From assembly GCF_963576615.1 (NCBI RefSeq), contig NC_088716.1, positions 43,431,910 through 43,495,909 on the forward strand: a DNA stretch of 64,000 bases, in the 5' to 3' direction. Positions within the stretch are counted from its first letter, which is position 1; each line of letters begins with the position of its first letter. Shown in pieces: positions 63,976 to 64,000 of this stretch. Origin of the DNA: Watersipora subatra. Its lineage: Eukaryota. The notes beneath the pieces are model-generated. The model had not been told where the DNA came from. It made no database searches and saw only the letters and a list, made by a program, of their open reading frames with translations. The position numbers were made by a program, and so were the translations under genes.

Positions 63976-64000
63976 TTTGTCATTTGTGGCACTCCATGGG

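Overview
This window is eukaryotic (metazoan, invertebrate-like) nuclear DNA. It is AT-rich, full of (TA)n microsatellites, satellites and minisatellites, and carries spliced genes with canonical GT..AG introns. No prokaryotic operon or CRISPR logic applies. There are three main components. (1) 17.1-41.2 kb holds a tandemly duplicated locus of small secreted lectin-like genes. Four copies look intact (three on +, one on -). Each has 5 coding exons encoding signal peptide, calcium-binding EGF, EGF, and an F-type-lectin-like / galactose-binding-like domain split over two exons. Copies A and B also share a TATA-containing non-coding first exon. At least five decayed or orphan exon copies sit in ~4.5-kb segmental-duplication units. 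(2) 41.7-57.7 kb holds a 13-exon minus-strand gene model whose intron phases are consistent throughout. It encodes ~670 aa with ZU5-like, UPA-like and two tandem death domains. (3) The rest is a mobile-element and repeat landscape: a 5'-truncated LINE with an intact ~660-codon RT ORF (12.8-14.8 kb) and a second short 3' fragment of it; two tRNA-derived SINE-like families; two large foldback palindromes; a 259-bp satellite; a 15-bp satellite; and a 1.45-kb segment duplicated 4.4 kb apart and bounded by (TA)n on all sides. All protein domain calls rest on motif recognition by eye, since no searches were possible. Exon boundaries of the lectin genes and the death-domain gene were checked against reading-frame continuity and the supplied ORF track.
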